DNA from: Eledone cirrhosa
Taxonomy: Eukaryota
NCBI GenBank assembly: GCA_964016885.1
Contig: CAXHJY010000967.1
Location: forward strand, 1 to 64,000
DNA: 64,000 bases
Direction: 5' to 3'
Shown here piece after piece: positions 11,921-24,112 of this stretch. The translations under genes and the position numbers were made by a program. The notes under the pieces are model-generated. The model was given only the letters and a program-made list of their open reading frames with translations, ran no database searches and was not told the origin of the DNA. Numbering within the stretch: the first letter of the stretch is position 1; every line of letters starts with the position of its first letter.

Positions 11921-12709
11921 TCACGAAGACTTCCACCACGGGCAGCGCCTTGACTCGTAAGAGGCAACTACCGGCGCAGTAGTTCCCCTTGGATCGTTTC
12001 CCTGGTCGCAGTTAATAGCGATGTGGCCTGGTCGCTTACACCGGTAGCATATTATTTCCGGCCTTGACTCTCTGCAGTCTCTAGCCATGTGCGGGCTCTG
12101 GCACCGAAAACAGCGACCTCTAAACGTTCGCGGGCGACCGCGCGCCGTGGTTGCCTCCCTTTCACCATTTCGCTGCCAGCTATCTTGAGCCTCTGTAGTT
12201 GCTATCACCGCAACACTCTTTTTGGCATCTTCTGCTTTGATCCGGGCTTGTTCCACCAGTGAACGCATTTCCATTTCTTTGTAACCCGGGACTTGCTGCA
12301 GTTTCATCGCTATGTCGTCTGGAAATCCATTTATGAACGCCAACCGCACCGTGCGTTCGCATTCCACCTGATATCCAGCCAACATAGCCAATCGCCGTAT
12401 TTCCGCTGCGAAAATGTCAACGCGTTCACCGTTCCATCTAATTCTTGCCAGCTTAGCGAAAGTGGCTAACGGTCCCTCTGCGAACGATTCTATCATGCGC
12501 CTCTCAATCATTTGCGCATCTCTTTGGCTGTGTTCGTCCAACTCAAGGAAGAGTACCAACGCGTCCCACTCGAGGTACAGTGCCATGAGGCCAGCCACAT
12601 CTATCTTCTGCAAGCTTGCGACCAGCCGGACTTTTCGCAGCCAAGCGACAACATCACCTTCCCCGGTAAATGCCCTGATAGCTTCGCTTGTTCGTAGTCT
12701 TGTCGCCAT
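11921..12709 (-). CDS. gag: Gag with two CCHC zinc knuckles (A1; copies 21914-22702, 31951-32742)
   Basis: CFRCQSPHMARDC and CYRCKRPGHIAINC. Confidence 0.9.
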   Translation of the reverse strand: MATRLRTSEAIRAFTGEGDVVAWLRKVRLVASLQKIDVAGLMALYLEWDALVLFLELDEHSQRDAQMIERRMIESFAEGPLATFAKLARIRWNGERVDIFAAEIRRLAMLAGYQVECERTVRLAFINGFPDDIAMKLQQVPGYKEMEMRSLVEQARIKAEDAKKSVAVIATTEAQDSWQRNGEREATTARGRPRTFRGRCFRCQSPHMARDCRESRPEIICYRCKRPGHIAINCDQGNDPRGTTAPVVASYESRRCPWWKSS

Positions 12710-12823
12710 CTTCTAATTTGTCTTGCGGTACGTGATAAAAAAAAAACAACAGACTCCTCTCTGTTTTTCCAGTAGCCTTTTTTTTTTTTTTTTAAATTTT
12801 ACAATCAGATCTCAGTTTCCAGT

Positions 12824-12835
12824 GCCGAAATAGCT
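12824..12835 (-). promoter_or_regulatory. Primer-binding site complementary to tRNA-Phe nt 1-12 (copies 22817-22828, 32857-32868)
   Basis: Plus strand GCCGAAATAGCT abuts the 5' LTR and equals the recalled 5' end of metazoan tRNA-Phe(GAA). Confidence 0.75.
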
Positions 12836-13342
12836 TGTGGTTAGAAAAAGCTATCTCACTTACCGCTCTTCCACGTGCGTCCAACTCCTTAACACCGGGA
12901 GCTGCCAAAACTCGCGTCCACACCGTTGCTGATCACCACTAGAGAGGGCCATCTGCTGGCCCTTCCGGTCGAGCATCCTTCCGGCCAAGCACCCTTCCGG
13001 TTGAGCACTCCCCCGCTTCCGGCCACCGCACGCCACACCATACCCACAGGGCTTGCATTCGGACTCCTTGTTTGGTGCATAAACTTGCACCACCCATAGA
13101 AACCTATTTTTCAGCCTGTGTGTATCCCCACACTCTCCTGTTCAGTTATTTCTGGCATCACAGTGGAGTTTCCATCCTCCATCCAGAGCCGTAGAACTTT
13201 GTTGAAGAACCCTTGACTATATCTAGCTGGTAGTATCTAGCCTCCTCCACTAGTTCCTGTTCCTTACCTATAAGGGTTGTGATGTTCCAGGTTCCAATTG
13301 TCAAGTTTTGCTCCCTTCAGGGATACGCAATCTTTGTGCATT

Positions 13343-13556
13343 TGTAGAAGATCACGCCATCTAGCGTCGACTTTGGAGGCAGTCGATTAACTGCCCTTAG
13401 TTCTGACGTCACGTTCTGACGTCAGTAGCTGGAACAACATCTCTTGAACGGTGATACCTTGAAGTGAAGAGACGTGTTTCCAGCTACTGACGCCAGAACG
13501 AAGGGCAGTTAATCGACTGCCTCCAAAGTCGACGCTAGATGGCGTGATCTTCTACA
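13343..13556. mobile_element. Foldback MITE, TGT..ACA ends, 4-bp TSD CATT, Ginger-like (copies 23336-23549, 33376-33589)
   Basis: TGTAGAAGATCACGCC../..GGCGTGATCTTCTACA long terminal inverted repeats; CATT on both sides. Confidence 0.85.
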
Positions 13557-14119
13557 CATTCATCTCATGCCTCCCAGGACAGGACGCAGACCCATCGCCA
13601 GTTTTTGTTGCATGAAATGGAGACTGCAATATATTGTTCGAACAACAACTCTACCTAAGGCCTGAACACCTCCCTTGTTAACACACATGAAGGACGATGC
13701 AGTAGGGTTGTTTTTTGCTCCTCTCACAGTATTACAGTTTTGGTGGTCTTATTCGTGCAAGTCACCAATTTGGTACTTTGTCAAACCCGCGAAAACTAGG
13801 TTTTTTTAGAAGCAGCCTTTACTAGCCTCATCATACTACATCACTGCGTTATGAGAGTTTACTTAGGAGCTGTAGCGAGCTACTTTCCTTTGGCGCATTG
13901 ATAGGCTATTCGTGCATGATTTGGCTAAGTCAGGCCAATCGCGAGCCGCGCACGGATATGTATTTTCAACTTCCGCCTAAACTGAGACTTTCCCGCTACT
14001 TTCAATAAACTCTATCTCTTGAAGCTTTGATCGTGGAAAGGTAAACAACCATTTTTCTTTTGCCGTGAACCATTGGCCAATATGTAACACCACAGCATAA
14101 CCACGGACCTGGTTAACAC

Positions 14120-14407
14120 TGTGGGTATGGTGTGGCGTGCGGGGGGAGGGGGGTGCTCGACCGGAAGGGGTTTTGGAGTGCTCGACCGGAAGGGGTCTTT
14201 TTGACCGGAAGGATGCTCGACCGGAAGGGCCAGGAGAGGGCCTCTCTCTAGTGGTGACCAGCATACGGTGAGGACGCGTTTTGGGCAGCTCCCGGTTTTA
14301 AGCAGTCGGACGCACGTGGAAGAGGAGTACCTGCAGTGGAATTTAGCGGCGCCTGTGAAAAGCGGTAAGTGAGATAGCTTTTTCTAACCACAAGCTATTT
14401 CGGCGAC

Positions 14408-14441
<34 letters not shown>

Positions 14442-16279
14442 AAACACTTGCCGCAAAACAAATCAGAAGATGGCGACAAGACTACGGATGAACGAAGCTA
14501 TCAGGCCATTCACCGGGGAAGGTGATGTTGTCGCTTGGCTGCGGAAGGTTCGGCTGGTCGCGGGCTTGCAGAAGATAGAAGACGTGGCCGGTCTCATTGC
14601 ATTGTACCTCGAGGGCGACGCGTTGGTACTCTTCCTTGAGTTGGACGAGCACAGCCAAAGAGATGTGCAGAAGATTGAGAGGCGTCTGATGGATGCATTC
14701 GCCGAGGGGCCGTTGGCGGCTTTTGCTAAGCTGGCGAGAATCAGGTGGAATGGTGAGCGCGTCGACATTTTCGCAGCGGAAATAAGGCGGTTGGCTATGT
14801 TGGCGGGATACCAGGCAGAATGCGAACGCACGGTGCGGTTGGCATTCATCAATGGATTCCCGGACGACATAGCGGTGAAACTGCAGCAAGTCCCGGGGTA
14901 CAAGGAGATGGAAATGCGTTCACTGGTGGAACAAGCCCGGATCATAGCGGAAGATGCCAAAAAGAGTGTCGCGGCGATAGCGACTACGGAGGCTCAGGAC
15001 ACCTGGCAGCGAAATGGTCAAAGGGAGGCAACCTCGGCACGCGGCCGTTCGCGAGAATTTAAGGGCCGCTGTTTTAGGTGTCAGGGCCCGCATATAGCTA
15101 GAGACTGTAGAGAGTCGAAGCCGGATATAATCTGCTACCGGTGTAAGCGACCAGGCCACATCGCTACTAACTGCGACCAGGGAAACAGTCCAAGGGGAAC
15201 TACTGCGCCGGTAGTTGCCCCTTACGAGTAGCGGCGCTGCCGGTGGTGGAAGTCTTCGTGAGGGGGAAGCCACAGCGAGCCCTCGTGGATACGGGCTGTA
15301 CGACGACACTGGTGACCGCGGGGGTGGCGCAGAGGTGGGGAGGTAAGGGCAGTCGACGGCAGGAAAATTGAATGCCGAGGTCGCAGCGAGATGGAAATAG
15401 CGGTACGGGGAAGGACGATAAGGCTTTCCGCCATCGTGGTAGACAGTGTGGTGGATGGGATCGGCGTGGTTATGGGCATGGACGCGATTGGCCGTCTAGG
15501 GGGCGTCACGGTGAACAATGTCGGTGTGTCGTTTGGAGCCGCTGCATCGGTATGCGCTGTGAGTGCACGTCATGAGAACCAGAAGGCCACGAGGGGCAAT
15601 ACCCCGCTTACACTGTACAGGACAAGGACTTCAAGGCCGTGTTTGATGGGCAGCGATGGGTTGTTGAGTGGTACTGGAAGGGAGAACCACCAACACTGAA
15701 GACCAAAGTGGGCTGCTATCAACACACATTGAAGGGAAACGCTAGGGGCGAGAAGTAGAGAGATGGATCGAAGAGGGCATACTGCTTCCCTGGAAGGAGG
15801 AGGTGAAGTGCGGAGTATTGCCGTTGATGGCGGTGGTGCAACCCACGAAGAGCAAGGTGAGGCCGGTGCTGGACTACCGAGAGCTGAACGAGCACGTGTC
15901 ATGCCACACGGGTGGCGAGGTCACGGATGTCTGTGGGGAAACCCTGCGTGAGTGGAGACGCATGACGGGGGGCTCAGCGATCGTGGATCTAAAGTCAGCT
16001 TACTTGCAGTTGCATATAGATGAGAAGCTCTGGCGGTATCAGCTGGTCAGGTATAAGGGCCGGACATATTGCCTGACCAGGCTCGGTTTCGGGCTGAGCT
16101 CCGCACCGAAGATCATGGTGGCGGTCCTCAAGACCTCTCTGGGGAGGGCCGACAAGATAAAGAGGGCTACTAACTCCTACATTGACGACATCCTAGTGGA
16201 CGAGTCGGTGGTGTCGACGGCGGAGGTCACGAGCCATTTGCGGAGGTATGGACTGACTGCGAAGCCATCAGAAGCATTG
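14120..16279 (+). mobile_element. LTR retrotransposon B, copy 1, truncated within RT at the array junction
   Basis: 5' LTR 14120-14392, PBS 14393-14404, gag 14470-15231, frameshifted protease, RT up to YIDD..KPSEAL. Confidence 0.92.
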
Positions 16280-16766
16280 TATAATAAACAATACAATATA
16301 ATTACCTCATTACCAGAGGTTTCCCGAATAAGACGAATATAGAAACGTCCTCATTCGTTCGTCAGACAAGGCAATTTAAAACTGAAATATTTGAAAAATC
16401 TCCTCAAGAAAGGCAAAAGTTTAACGGGCAAAAAAAATATATAAATAAACGTAATGCAAGAGATATATAAAAATAAAATAAGGAAATATAGTAAGGGTAT
16501 GTGTATAAATGTGTGTATATGCACCTACAAATGTATATATGTGTGTATGTACAAATATCAGTGTTTTTCAAATATTTCACTATGTTTTAAATTGCCTTGT
16601 CTGAAGAACGAATGAGGACGTTTCTTGTATTCGTCTTATTCGGGAAACCTCTGGTAATGAGGTAATTATATTGTATTGTTTATTATACATTAAATTTAGC
16701 TCTGTAACTTACATAGAACACTCTTCACTCCTATGACTTTTTCAATTTTCAACGGAAACTTCAATA

Positions 16767-16813
<47 letters not shown>

Positions 16814-18897
16814 TCAGAGAGGGTAACGCGGAGTTACTGTAGGTTACTGCGCACTCGATGTTTAGGTTCACGTCTGTATCGTGATGTAGAGCTAGACAGA
16901 GTGTAGTATAATAAAATAAAACAAGGACGAGTGGTTACTCCTCCATTACGTTTATTGGTTGGTGACGTGCGCTTCGCCACCGATCAGCTCAAGGTTCGAT
17001 CTGTGTATAATAACAATATAATATAAATTCATTGAACAAAAATGATAAAAGAAAGAAAAAAAGAGGGGTTGCAATTCACCACCAAGTGTGATAATCGGCC
17101 GCACCTCACAACTTAAACAAGTTTTGACTATGAAAATAGTCGAACAAATTTAACATAGACCTATGGATTTGAAATGTACGTAAAGAAAGTTTCCGTATTA
17201 TAATCTTTCGCTTTATCACAACATCTTGACTTCAAATGATGACATACATAGAATAGTACAACTATAAGTGGAAGGGAGGGGTCAATGAAGGAAGCACCAT
17301 TTTAAACTTAGCAGAAACGTTTTTCGGTATTTTTTTTTACCAATTAGTCTAAGAACATTTGGAGTTTTAAAATGATTTGATCGGAGATCGTATGTTAAGA
17401 CTGAAGCAAATATATCGTGGAGAATCCATTTTAGCAATTTAAAAAAACCCCACAAAACTTATATTCATTTTTCATTGATACTGTTAAGTGTCACTAACAC
17501 AGTTCCTTTTGTGATTATATAAGTGACTAGTTTGTAAATTAAAAAGTAATAATTAATATTTTAAAAATATGTTGAGCTGTCAAGTGAAAACCTGTTTTAT
17601 ACACGAGAGAGAGAGATATACTTGCACGGTGTTTATTTACCTTAGTAAATGTTAGTTCCGTTTTCTAAAAGTTGCTTTCCAGTTATATAGAAATCCTTGG
17701 CTACGTTTATTAGACCACGTTAACAATATTTATTTGAATTTTTAGTGCAGTGTTGGTTAGCTCTGACAGATCAAACCTATGACCATATCTCAGTTTTTTT
17801 TTCATATCCATTTCTGGCAGTCCGAGTGATCACATAGTTAACTCATAGAGTAGGTTTGATTTACAGGTTGTTCCTCTACTTCGTTTAAGAAAAAGAATAA
17901 ACAAAGAGTTTGTTAAGTTTTTTAAAATGCCACGTAAACTATATTTTCCTTTCTGCAAATTATAGCAAGTCCTTCAGCCAAGAATGTCACCATCCCGTCC
18001 TTCGTAGCTCAGAAAAACAAACAACAAAACTATGTGTATGTGCAAGTGACATAACATGTGTGAGTAGTTTACACAGCATAAGTAATTATGAGTGGCCACA
18101 CTTTGCGGGAATCAGATAAAATTAAAAAAAACATTATACGTTTTATTTTTTCGTTAATATTATTTTTTCTTCTCGCACCAAAGTAATATTCGGAAATACG
18201 TATACTTCATCATCATCATCATCCTTTTACGTCCGCTTTCCCCTGCTTGTAAGGGTGGGACGGGAACTGATTCTGGCTTGATTTCTACAGCTGGATGCCC
18301 TTCGTAACACCAACCTCATTTACAGTGAGTGCTGGGTGCTTTTTTTGCCGTGGCACCTCCACGACCACTTTGCAGTGGAATGATATGGACCCCAGTCCCT
18401 ATCATCTCATTTCTACAGCTGAGTAAACTGGAGCAATGTGAAATAAAGTGTCTTGCTCAAGGAAACAACACATCACCCAGTCTGAGAATTGAACTCACAA
18501 CCTTTCGATTGCAAGGCCAATGCTCTAACCACTAAGCTATGTGCCTCCATATCCGAATATTTTCCACATTCGCTCCTGTTCGGAAATACATATGCTTCAT
18601 ATATCCGAATATTTTTCCCCAAACACTCCTATTTCTCATATAGAAAAACATGTATGTGTATAATATTTATGGATGTCTGTGCTGGAAGAAGGTGTTCATA
18701 ATAGAGAATCCATTGCTAAAACAGGAGTCTAGTAAGTATTCTCCATTCGTATTTAGATCGGGGGTCACCGTTCCTTCCAATCACTCATTTCCATGTCAGG
18801 TCGTTAGTGGAAACATGTGCATTGAAGTCTCCCATTGGGATATATGACCCAGTCTTAACTACATCTAACGTGGCAGTAACTTTTTCATAGAAGGGCT

Positions 18898-21800
18898 TGT
18901 GGTTAGAAAAAGCTATCTCACTTACCGCTTTTCATAGGCGCCGCTAAATTCCACTGCTGGTCTCTCCTCTTCCACGTGCGTCCAACTCCTTAACACCAGG
19001 AGCTGCCAAAACTCGCGTCTACACCGTTGCTGGTCACCACTAGAGAGGGCCATCTGCTGGCCCTTCCGGCCAAGCACCCTTCCGGTTGAGCACTCCCCCG
19101 CTTCCGGCCACCGCACGCCACACCATACCCACACGCCTCCCTGATCTCAAGGATCAATTTCCCCCTCGTCCTTCTCCATATGAAAGTCTGCTGTCCAGGT
19201 TGGTGGTTTACGACTTCTTTGCGATCTCCGCAGTGTTGGGGCAGCACTTTCGGTTTCCTCTTCCTCGGAGTCCGTTGAAACAGTGATTCTACAGACATCC
19301 AGGACATGACGTGGTACTCCGTCCATGGACACATTGTTCTGGGAATTTACGGCCGTCACCGTTCCCCTTCCCCATTGAGATGTACAACGTGCATCTGGGG
19401 GCTTACCCAGACTTCTTCGCCCACCTGCACGAATGCACTCTCTCTCCCCACTGGCCGTTGTGGTGGCGTGCACGGGTGCCACCACTCGTATCTGAATACT
19501 GCTCTGTGTGGCACCGATTCCTCGACCTGTCTCACCCGAGGGGACATGTTGTACCAGAACACTGCCTCCATTGGTGAGATATGGCCCCGCTCCACCATTG
19601 CCTTGATCGTCCGGTGGTGTCGCTCCACAATTCCATTCCCGCTCGGCCTGTGCGCTGCTCTGAAGAAACGGTCGACCTTCCATCCATCGAGCATCTCCCT
19701 CAGCGCCTCCGAGCGGAACGCTGCGCTGTTGTCCATTAGCAGTTCGTCCACAGGGCCCCGCTCCAAGAACACCTCTCTCAACGTCCGCATGATTTCCTCG
19801 GCCGTTCCAGTCATCATCTCCCTCCATATCGCCATCCGTCCTGGTCCACAGTCGACCATCGAGAGGTACGTTCCCTGTCGGTAGTGCGTTACATCCACCG
19901 CCAATCGCTTCCAGTCGCGATCCACCGGGAGGCTTCCCGTTTCGTGTACACCCGGGGCGGGATCAATGGACTGACTTCGGACGCAGCCTCTAACCACCCT
20001 TTGAACACTGTGTCTGTTAACGTCCGAGTCGATTCTCCTGGCTAGGAACAGGCTCCTATCCACTCCCATGTGGTGCATGTCATGCAACCCTTTCAGATCC
20101 GACTCGGTCAGCCGACACACGGCAGCTATCTCATCTTCTACCTCCTCCGGCGCTTCCATCCAGGCTTTCTTCACCCTAGTTAAGATGTCCGCCCTATTTT
20201 TCTCTGAGAGCACGAAAACTACGCTCAGCCTCAGGTCGAACTCGGTGGCCAGCTCTCCTAAAGTTCCCAGGCGGCGCTTTATCAGCATCTCCGCCGGCCC
20301 TCTCGTTCGCACTCTCTTTTCACTGGTGAGCACTGATCTCACCCATCCGAGTACAGTAGCCGAGTTGGTGCGTATCTCGATGGTGCGCAGTCCCCACCTC
20401 AGGGCGAGGTTCACCCCTCTCAACACTGCGTCCAGTTCGGCCACATTGATGTGGTTGCAGTCGTCCTTCTTCCTAAGCCAGGCTGCATCCTCGACCTCAA
20501 CACCTCTTATCTCCAACGTGACACCCAGCGCTATGCTGCTGACATCACACCATACGGTCCCGCTCTGCGATTTGGGAACGTACCAGCGTCCCCGCACTGG
20601 GTCGTCGGCCTTCACCCTCCCCACGATCTCCTGCATCATGGCCACCGTCCTCTCTCCCACTCTGTCACTCCAAGTCACTCCTCCCGCTCGTCTCTTGACA
20701 TAGCTGCATGCCGTCCGGAGCCACCCAGCAATAGGGTAGTGACCCACCAACTTTCCACACACCGAGAAAAGCTCCCGCCTACTCATACTTGGGTCCAGTT
20801 CTGGAACTTCATTTCCCCTCTGGAATACCAAGACGCCCGTCCTGTCTCGCCGTAGCCTAAGTCCCAGCGCGGCTCCTCCCTCTAACGCTTCTGACGGCTT
20901 CGCAGCCAGTCCATACTCCTGTAAATGGCTCGTGACCTCCGCCGCCGACACCACAGACTCGTCCACTAGGATGTCGTCAATATAGGAGTTAGTGGCCCGC
21001 TTCATCTTGTCGGCCTTTCCCAGAATGGTCTTGAGGACCGCCGCCATGATCTTCGGTGCGGAGCTCAGCCCGAAACCGAGCCTGGTCAGGCAATATGTCC
21101 GGCCCTTATACCTGACCAGCTGATACTGCCAGAGCTTCTCATCTATATGCAATTGCAAGTATGCCGACTTTAGATCTACGATTGCTGAACTCCCCGTCAT
21201 GAGTCTCCACTCACGCAGGGTTTCCCCACAGACATCCGTGACCTCGCCACCCGTGTGGCATGACACGTGCTCGTTCATCTCCCGAAAGTCCAGCACCAGC
21301 CTCACCTAGTTCTTCGTGGGTTGCGCCACCGCCATTAACGGCAATACTCCGCACTTCACCTCCTCTTTCCAGGGAAGCAGTATGCCCTCCTCAATCCATC
21401 TCTCTACCTCTCGCTCGAACTCGCTCCTAATGTTTCCCTTCAATGTGTGTTGATAGCAGCCCTCTTTGGTCTTCAGTGTTGGTGGTTCTCCCTTCCAGTA
21501 CCACTCAACAACCCATCGCTGCCCATCGAACACGGCCTTGAAGTCTTTGTCCTGCACAATGTAAGCGGGGTATTTCTCCTCGTGGGCCTTCTGGTTCTCC
21601 TGTCGCGCGCATACCGATGCAGCGGCGCCAAACCACACACCGACGTTGTTCACTGTGACACCTCCTAGACGGCCAATTGCGTCCATGCCCATAACCACGC
21701 CGATCCTCCCCACCACGCTGTCTACTACGATGGCAGAAAGCCTTATTTTCCTTCTCCGTACCGCTATTTCCATCTCGCTGCGACCTCGGCATTCAATTTT

Positions 21801-23041
21801 CCTGCCGTCGACTGCCCTTACGCTGCTCTTCCCTCTCCACCTCTGCGCCACCCCCGCGGTCACCAGTGTCGTCGTACAGCCCGTATCCACGCGGGCTCGC
21901 TGTGGCTTTCCCCTCACGAAGACTTCCACCACGGGCAGCGCCTTGACTCGTAAGGGGCAACTACCGGCGCAGTAGTTCCCCTTGGATCGTTTCCCTGGTC
22001 GCAGTTAATAGCGATGTGGCCTGGTCGCTTACACCGGTAGCATATTATTTCCGGCCTTGACTCTCTGCAGTCTCTAGCCATGTGCGGGCTCTGGCACCGA
22101 AAACAGCGACCTCTAAACGTTCGCGGGCGACCGCGCGCCGTGGTTGCCTCCCTTTCACCATTTCGCTGCCAGCTATCTTGAGCCTCTGTAGTTGCTATCA
22201 CCGCAACACTCTTTTTGGCATCTTCTGCTTTGATCCGGGCTTGTTCCACCAGTGAACGCATTTCCATTTCTTTGTAACCCGGGACTTGCTGCAGTTTCAT
22301 CGCTATGTCGTCTGGAAATCCATTTATGAACGCCAACCGCACCGTGCGTTCGCATTCCACCTGATATCCAGCCAACATAGCCAATCGCCGTATTTCCGCT
22401 GCGAAAATGTCAACGCGTTCACCGTTCCATCTAATTCTTGCCAGCTTAGCGAAAGTGGCTAACGGTCCCTCTGCGAACGATTCTATCATGCGCCTCTCAA
22501 TCATTTGCGCATCACTTTGGCTGTGTTCGTCCAACTCAAGGAAGAGTACCAACGCGTCCCCCTCGAGGTACAGTGCCATGAGGCCAGCCACATCTATCTT
22601 CTGCAAGCTTGCGACCAGCCGGACTTTTCGCAGCCAAGCGACAACATCACCTTCCCCGGTAAATGCCCTGATAGCTTCGCTTGTTCGTAGTCTTGTCGCC
22701 ATCTTCTAATTTGTCTTGCGGTACGTGATAAAAAAAAAACAACAGACTCCTCTCTGTTTTTCCAGTAGCCTTTTTTTTTTTTTTTTAAATTTTACAATCA
22801 GATCTCAGTTTCCAGTGCCGAAATAGCTTGTGGTTAGAAAAAGCTATCTCACTTACCGCTCTTCCACGTGCGTCCAACTCCTTAACACCGGGAGCTGCCA
22901 AAACTCGCGTCCACACCGTTGCTGATCACCACTAGAGAGGGCCATCTGCTGGCCCTTCCGGTCGAGCATCCTTCCGGCCAAGCACCCTTCCGGTTGAGCA
23001 CTCCCCCGCTTCCGGCCACCGCACGCCACACCATACCCACA
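18898..23041 (-). mobile_element. LTR retrotransposon A, copy 2
   Basis: Same structure and GGGCT TSD as copy 1. Confidence 0.95.
19356..21932 (-). pseudogene. pol: Pol (PR-RT-RNase H-IN) of A2, interrupted by TAG at 21306-21308 (A3: 29393-31969)
   Basis: VDTG protease, DLKSAY/YIDD RT, WCD..AEL..NRAD RNase H, D-D-E integrase; HHCC C-to-S change and 3' frameshift relative to B. Confidence 0.9.
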
Positions 23042-24112
23042 GGGCTTGCATTCGGACTCCTTGTTTGGTGCATAAACTTGCACCACCCATAGAAACCTAT
23101 TTTTCAGCCTGTGTGTATCCCCACACTCTCCTGTTCAGTTATTTCTGGCATCACAGTGGAGTTTCCATCCTCCATCCAGAGCCGTAGAACTTTGTTGAAG
23201 AACCCTTGACTATATCTAGCTGGTAGTATCTAGCCTCCTCCACTAGTTCCTGTTCCTTACCTATAAGGGTTGTGATGTTCCAGGTTCCAATTGTCAAGTT
23301 TTGCTCCCTTCAGGGATACGCAATCTTTGTGCATTTGTAGAAGATCACGCCATCTAGCGTCGACTTTGGAGGCAGTCGATTAACTGCCCTTAGTTCTGAC
23401 GTCACGTTCTGACGTCAGTAGCTGGAACAACATCTCTTGAACGGTGATACCTTGAAGTGAAGAGACGTGTTTCCAGCTACTGACGCCAGAACGAAGGGCA
23501 GTTAATCGACTGCCTCCAAAGTCGACGCTAGATGGCGTGATCTTCTACACATTCATCTCATGCCTCCCAGGACAGGACGCAGACCCATCGCCAGTTTTTG
23601 TTGCATGAAATGGAGACTGCAATATATTGTTCGAACAACCACTCTACCTAAGGCCTGAACACCTCCCTTGTTAACACACATGAAGGACGATGCAGTAGGG
23701 TTGTTTTTTGCTCCTCTCACAGTATTACAGTTTTGGTGGTCTTATTCGTGCAAGTCACCAATTTGGTACTTTGTCAAACCCGCGAAAACTAGGTTTTTTT
23801 AGAAGCAGCCTTTACTAGCCTCATCATACTACATCACTGCGTTATGAGAGTTTACTTAGGAGCTGTAGCGAGCTACTTTCCTTTGGCGCATTGATAGGCT
23901 ATTCGTGCATGATTTGGCTAAGTCAGGCCAATCGTGAGCCGCGCACGGATATGTATTTTCAACTTCCGCCTAAACTGAGACTTTCCCGCTACTTTCAATA
24001 AACTCTATCTCTTGAAGCTTTGATCGTGGAAAGGTAAACAACCATTTTTCTTTTGCCGTGAACCATTGGCCAATATGTAACACCACAGCATAACCACGGA
24101 CCTGGTTAACAC

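Larger units (their letters stand above)
8901..13048 (-). mobile_element. Gypsy-type LTR retrotransposon A, copy 1 (5' LTR 12836-13048, 3' LTR 8901-9136)
   Basis: TG..CA LTRs; TSD GGGCT at 8896-8900 and 13049-13053; order gag-PR-RT-RH-IN; polypurine tract next to the 3' LTR; extra stop at ~10397 and a protease frameshift in this copy. Confidence 0.95.
8640..13320 (-). pseudogene. Old RTE LINE AP-endonuclease remnant, split by LTR element A
   Basis: Joining the flanks of A gives VQVYAPNKESECKP/FYEKV..MGDFNAHV; homologous to 53930-54200. Confidence 0.75.

Noticed and set aside
12824-12835. A tRNA-Phe gene
   Set aside because: Only the first 12 nt match; no cloverleaf follows
15803-16342. RT fusion protein created at the array junction
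   Set aside because: Only ~20 chance codons from the inverted repeat before a stop, and the upstream pol is already frameshifted
21306-21308. In-frame TAG between protease and RT of A as a programmed readthrough site
   Set aside because: B has AAG (Lys) at the same codon, so it is a nonsense mutation copied by the tandem amplification
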